A DNA stretch of 20,000 nucleotides from an uncultured virus (IMG/VR IMGVR_UViG_3300031247_000001) (lineage: Duplodnaviria; Heunggongvirae; Uroviricota; Caudoviricetes), in IMG/VR virus record IMGVR_UViG_3300031247_000001; one strand, 5' to 3'. Shown here piece by piece: positions 16,820-20,000 of this stretch. The translations under genes and the position numbers were made by a program. The notes beneath the pieces were generated by a model that saw only the letters and a list, made by a program, of their open reading frames with translations, did not search any database and was not told the origin of the DNA. Numbering within the stretch: the first letter of the stretch is position 1; each line of letters starts with the position of its first letter.

Positions 16820-17680
16820 ATGGAGATCCAGCCCGAAGAATTCCCGTGCGCGCAATGCGGAAAAGGTTTTCCAAAAGGAGCATTCGTCGGTAAGCGAGGC
16901 CAGCTGATCCGCACCTGCGTCGGGTGCCGCGAGCTCTACTCCGGGGACTACGGCATCCGTGGATCGGTGCCGCGTCGCTTGCTCCGCGTGGTGTCGCCGA
17001 CCGGCCAAGCGCGGGTCACCTGGATCCCGAAGAGCGGCAATAAGAAGCTCGGCGGCATCCCGGCGTCAATCGTCTCGCCCGAGACCTGCCCGCCGTCGTG
17101 CGGCTTCTACGGCAAGGGCTGCTACGCGGAGTTCGGGGCCTCAGGCCATCATTGGCGGAACGTCGAGCACAATGGCATCGAGTGGGGAGATTTTCTCGCC
17201 TGCGTCAGCGCCCTGCCGAAGGGACAGCTCTGGCGCTACGCCGTCGCCGGAGATCTCCCGGGACAGGGAGAAGAGGTCGATCTCCGCGCGCTGTCCGATC
17301 TCGTGCGAGCAAACCAGGGCAAGCGCGGGTTTGCGTTTACGCACAAGGCGGTCACTCGCAGCAATGATCTGATGCTCCTTTCGGCCAACGCGATGGGCTT
17401 CACCGTCAACCTCTCTGCCGACACGCTCGAAGAGGCCGACCAGAAAGCGCGCTTCGGGCTCCCCGTCGCCGTCGTGCTGCCCGAGCACGCGTCCGGCGAC
17501 ATCCGCACGCCCGAAGGCCGCCGCGTCGTCATCTGCCCGGCGCAGCTGCGCGACGACATCACGTGCGCGTCGTGCCAGCTCTGCAGCGTGAGCTCGCGCA
17601 AGGGCATCGTGGGGTTCCGGGCGCACGGGCAGATGAAGAAGACCGTGTCGAAGATCGCAGAGGGAACAAAGATCGCATGA
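16820..17680 (+). CDS. Cys-rich phage protein, GP88/DUF7227-like (radical-SAM-like), with N-terminal Zn ribbon (~286 aa)
   Basis: CAQC...CVGC N-terminus; KSGNKKLG, TCPPSC..YGKGCYA, WRYAVAGD, FTVNLSAD, ICPAQ..ITCASCQLC and VGFRAHG motifs. Family name recalled, not searched. Confidence 0.65.
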   Translation: MEIQPEEFPCAQCGKGFPKGAFVGKRGQLIRTCVGCRELYSGDYGIRGSVPRRLLRVVSPTGQARVTWIPKSGNKKLGGIPASIVSPETCPPSCGFYGKGCYAEFGASGHHWRNVEHNGIEWGDFLACVSALPKGQLWRYAVAGDLPGQGEEVDLRALSDLVRANQGKRGFAFTHKAVTRSNDLMLLSANAMGFTVNLSADTLEEADQKARFGLPVAVVLPEHASGDIRTPEGRRVVICPAQLRDDITCASCQLCSVSSRKGIVGFRAHGQMKKTVSKIAEGTKIA

Positions 17681-18180
17681 CGCAATGGTTTTTGGATACG
17701 GAGTTCGATGAGGACGGGAAAACGATCGAGCTCATCTCGATCGGTCTCGTCTCCGACGAGGGCCACGAATACGAAGCGGTGAGTCGGGAGTTCGATCCGC
17801 TGCATTGCAACGAATGGGTGCGCGAAAACGTGCTCGGAAAGCTCCCGCCTCCGGGCGATTCGCGCTGGAAGACGCGCGCCCAGATCCGGGGAGAGATCAC
17901 AGCGATCGTGCTCGCGGGTAGCTCGACTGCGCCGAAGTTCTACGGGTACTACGCCGACTACGATTGGGTCGTGCTCTGCCAGCTCTTCGGCAGGATGGTG
18001 GACTTGCCACCAGGGTTCCCGAGGTACTGCCGAGATCTGAGGCAGATGCTCGACGACTATGACAACCTTCGGAAAAGCGATCTGCCCGTGCAGCCCGAGG
18101 GCACCGAGCACAGCGCGATCGATGATGCGCGCTGGGTACGCGATAGCGTGCTCTGGATCCAGAAGTGGTGTAACCGGTGA
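17677..18180 (+). CDS. DEDDh 3'-5' exonuclease, Rv2179c/RNase AS (DUF5051)-like (167 aa)
   Basis: FLDTEF (ExoI), LISIGLV, WVRENVL, YYADYDWVVLCQLFG (ExoII), CRDL and HSAIDDARW (ExoIII); ATGA overlap. Confidence 0.88.
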   Translation: MTQWFLDTEFDEDGKTIELISIGLVSDEGHEYEAVSREFDPLHCNEWVRENVLGKLPPPGDSRWKTRAQIRGEITAIVLAGSSTAPKFYGYYADYDWVVLCQLFGRMVDLPPGFPRYCRDLRQMLDDYDNLRKSDLPVQPEGTEHSAIDDARWVRDSVLWIQKWCNR

Positions 18181-18229
18181 GCTTCGTGAGGGGAGACAAC
18201 CGTCGCGTCATGAAGGGCACGGGCAAGCG

Positions 18230-18754
18230 ATGACGCCGACGACGCGGTTCTATCAGGTGCGGGTCAAAAATGGCCTCGAGTGGGCACGGATCTGGATCAC
18301 GAGCGACGGGTGCATCTCGATCGTCAGCGACTACGGAAACTTCGGGTATTGGTTTGGGTCGCCTGCGTGCGAGTTTCGGGAGTTCCTGGTTCGGTGCGGA
18401 GACGATTACCTGCAGAAAAAACTCTCCGATGGCAGGAAGGAGATTGACGCGCAGGCAACAGAAAAGTGTGCCAAGCGGCTCGTGCTCGAAGCGCGCCGCG
18501 CGCGCTCCCTCGATCGTCAGCCATCCCGCGACGAATGGGAAGCGTTGGCTCAAGTCGAGTGGTGCTCGGAATACTCGCGCTGTAAGTGGTACTTCGAGGA
18601 GACGCAGCTCTCGGGCGCCACTGAGGTGCTCCAATACCGCACCCCCATGAACGTGCAGATGTTCCTGAAGGTGCTGTGGCCGCTGTTCGTGGAGAAGCTC
18701 GAGGCGGAGCTAGCGGCCGAAGCGGAGCTTGCTCACCCGGGGTTTACGGACTGA
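18230..18754 (+). CDS. Phage-type hypothetical protein (~174 aa)
   Basis: Aromatic-rich (ISIVSDYGNFGYWF, DDYLQKKL); TGATG coupling to the next gene. Start uncertain. Confidence 0.7.
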   Translation: MTPTTRFYQVRVKNGLEWARIWITSDGCISIVSDYGNFGYWFGSPACEFREFLVRCGDDYLQKKLSDGRKEIDAQATEKCAKRLVLEARRARSLDRQPSRDEWEALAQVEWCSEYSRCKWYFEETQLSGATEVLQYRTPMNVQMFLKVLWPLFVEKLEAELAAEAELAHPGFTD

Positions 18755-18972
18755 TGATCCGTGTGGGAAGCAAGCCGACGCCCATCGAGCGGCTAGTGTT
18801 GGCGCGACTTGCGCGCGGAGAAGATCCGGCTCCGCATCGACTGCGGGCGCGCGTCGATCTTCAGGCGATCGGGCGGCTGCGCAAACGGGGCTACGTCAAC
18901 TACGGCTACGTGGAGGGAGATCCGAAGCCTCGGTATTACCTGACCTTGCGAGGGCAAGAGATTGTAAAATGA
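18754..18972 (+). CDS. Small winged-helix-like protein (72 aa)
   Basis: TPIERLVLARL...AIGRLRKRGYV...RYYLTLRGQE resembles a MarR/PadR-type wHTH ending. Translationally coupled at both ends. Confidence 0.6.
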   Translation: MIRVGSKPTPIERLVLARLARGEDPAPHRLRARVDLQAIGRLRKRGYVNYGYVEGDPKPRYYLTLRGQEIVK

Positions 18973-19223
18973 AAAAGCCCAGCCGTCTCGAACGCGCGGT
19001 CATCCGAGCCCGCGAAGCTCTAAAGCTCGGTGAAGAGCGCCTGCTCGAGAGGCTCCGCGTGGCCCAAGAAGCGCTCGGCGACGCTTGCTCGCACCCGCAA
19101 ACCTTCAAATACCAGTGGCAGACGCGCGGTTCCCTCGCGAACTTCGTCACGGGCGAGCGCTGCAAGCTGTGCGACAAACGGCGGCCTTTTGCGGGTCGCG
19201 GCCGCTGGCAGAAGGGGCACTGA
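18969..19223 (+). CDS. Small basic protein with CxH...CxxC motif (84 aa)
   Basis: ATGA overlap; CSH...RCKLCD. Confidence 0.65.
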   Translation: MKKPSRLERAVIRAREALKLGEERLLERLRVAQEALGDACSHPQTFKYQWQTRGSLANFVTGERCKLCDKRRPFAGRGRWQKGH

Positions 19224-19241
19224 GGGCGATGCCTCAAGAAA

Positions 19242-19271
19242 TTGACCCCATGCTCACAGCCGGGATACCCT
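19242..19271 (+). promoter_or_regulatory. sigma70-like promoter (TTGACC-N18-TACCCT), 7 nt before ATG 19279 (leaderless candidate)
   Basis: Near-consensus -35; same geometry as 15391-15420, with CGGG just before the -10 in both. Confidence 0.6.
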
Positions 19272-19278
19272 CCGGGTC

Positions 19279-20000
19279 ATGGTGCGTCCCCGCCTGCGGT
19301 CCAATCGCCTCCCTGTTGCCCCTCCGCCTCTTCGCCACCGGGCGCATGCTCCGTCCGGCGCTGCCCGGGAGAGCTCGCTTGAGCGCGTGCGGCGCATCGC
19401 CCGCGAGCACCGAGCCAAAGAGAGGCCATTCGATCCAGAGAAGCGGGGAACCTGGAAGGGATCTTCCCGAGATCTCGTCGTGAACCCCACCCGCGCTCGC
19501 CGCGGCGACAAGCACGGTCGCGAAACGGACGAAGAATTTCTGGTCATTGAAGAAACGGACTCCAATGAGGCCGGTTACATCTTCATCAACCCAACGGACT
19601 ACCCGCAGAGTCGGCATCACGGCATCGGCTCGCGCACGAAACTCTTCGGATTGCACTTCGGGGCGTATGGCTGGACCAAGGTGCTTGTCTGGTCGGATAG
19701 CCTGGAAGACGCGCTCGAGGAGGCTGCCGGGTGGCTCGCTGACCATGCGCCCGGGATCTTCGTCGACCAAGAAAATCTCGCAGAGCTCGAGAAAGAGGCT
19801 ATCGAGGAAGCTCGCGAGGAAAACCCGGACGCTGACGACGAAGAACTCGAGCAGATCGTCATGGATTCGGATTCGGCCCATACCGATCTCACGTACACCG
19901 AGTCCGGGTACATCGCGAGCTATGAATGGGGCATCGGCTTCGACAGCGAGAACCAGGGGACCGACAACGAGTTCTACAAAGTGGCGCTCGAGGCTTCGAG
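19279..20000 (+). CDS. Hypothetical protein running off the window (basic N-terminus, acidic C-terminal domain); absent from the ORF track
   Basis: Manual translation: MVRPRLRSNRLPVAPPPLRH...EEFLVIEETDSNEAGYIFINP...FGAYGWTKVLVWSDSLEDALEEAAGWLADHAPGIF...DLTYTESGYIASYEWG..., with no stop before 20000. Confidence 0.75.
   Translation, partial: MVRPRLRSNRLPVAPPPLRHRAHAPSGAARESSLERVRRIAREHRAKERPFDPEKRGTWKGSSRDLVVNPTRARRGDKHGRETDEEFLVIEETDSNEAGYIFINPTDYPQSRHHGIGSRTKLFGLHFGAYGWTKVLVWSDSLEDALEEAAGWLADHAPGIFVDQENLAELEKEAIEEAREENPDADDEELEQIVMDSDSAHTDLTYTESGYIASYEWGIGFDSENQGTDNEFYKVALEAS

Noticed and set aside
15429..17680. Genes flanking the array as cas or anti-CRISPR genes
   Set aside because: No RAMP G-rich loop, Cas1/Cas2, RuvC, HD or Cas4 motifs recognisable. 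An Acr role for the small ORFs cannot be supported from sequence alone.
19229..19913. ORFs 19085/19229-19483 (+), 19234-19881 (-) and 19617-19913 (-)
   Set aside because: They overlap the better-supported plus-strand ORF from 19279, which has its own promoter and protein-like composition.

Overview
High-GC, densely coded segment of a phage or prophage. The host is probably a myxobacterium (Polyangiaceae-like), inferred from the style of the lipoprotein and regulatory proteins. Left to right it carries: a 1773-aa collagen-like fibre with two putative beta-helix domains; small membrane and holin-like genes; captured regulatory modules (stand-alone receiver, HExxH zincin, stand-alone Fis-type HTH, sigma-70 factor); a degenerate M23-like protein; a DUF6527-like protein; a GH73-like endolysin; an inverted two-gene cassette (SAM-methyltransferase/GT2 fusion plus a C5-MTase-like protein); a Cys-rich lipoprotein; a Cys-rich GP88-like protein; a DEDDh exonuclease; and several small hypothetical genes. 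The most notable feature is a CRISPR mini-array at 15125-15356 with no cas gene in the window. It has three 36-bp repeats with 38-bp spacers, plus a diverged fourth repeat whose stem is kept by compensatory changes and which bounds a 12-nt spacer. This resembles a regulatory or anti-CRISPR crRNA-like unit. A recurring TTGnnn-N17/18-TAnnnT promoter, often 7-11 nt before an ATG, suggests leaderless transcription. All family assignments are by eye from motifs; no database searches were run.
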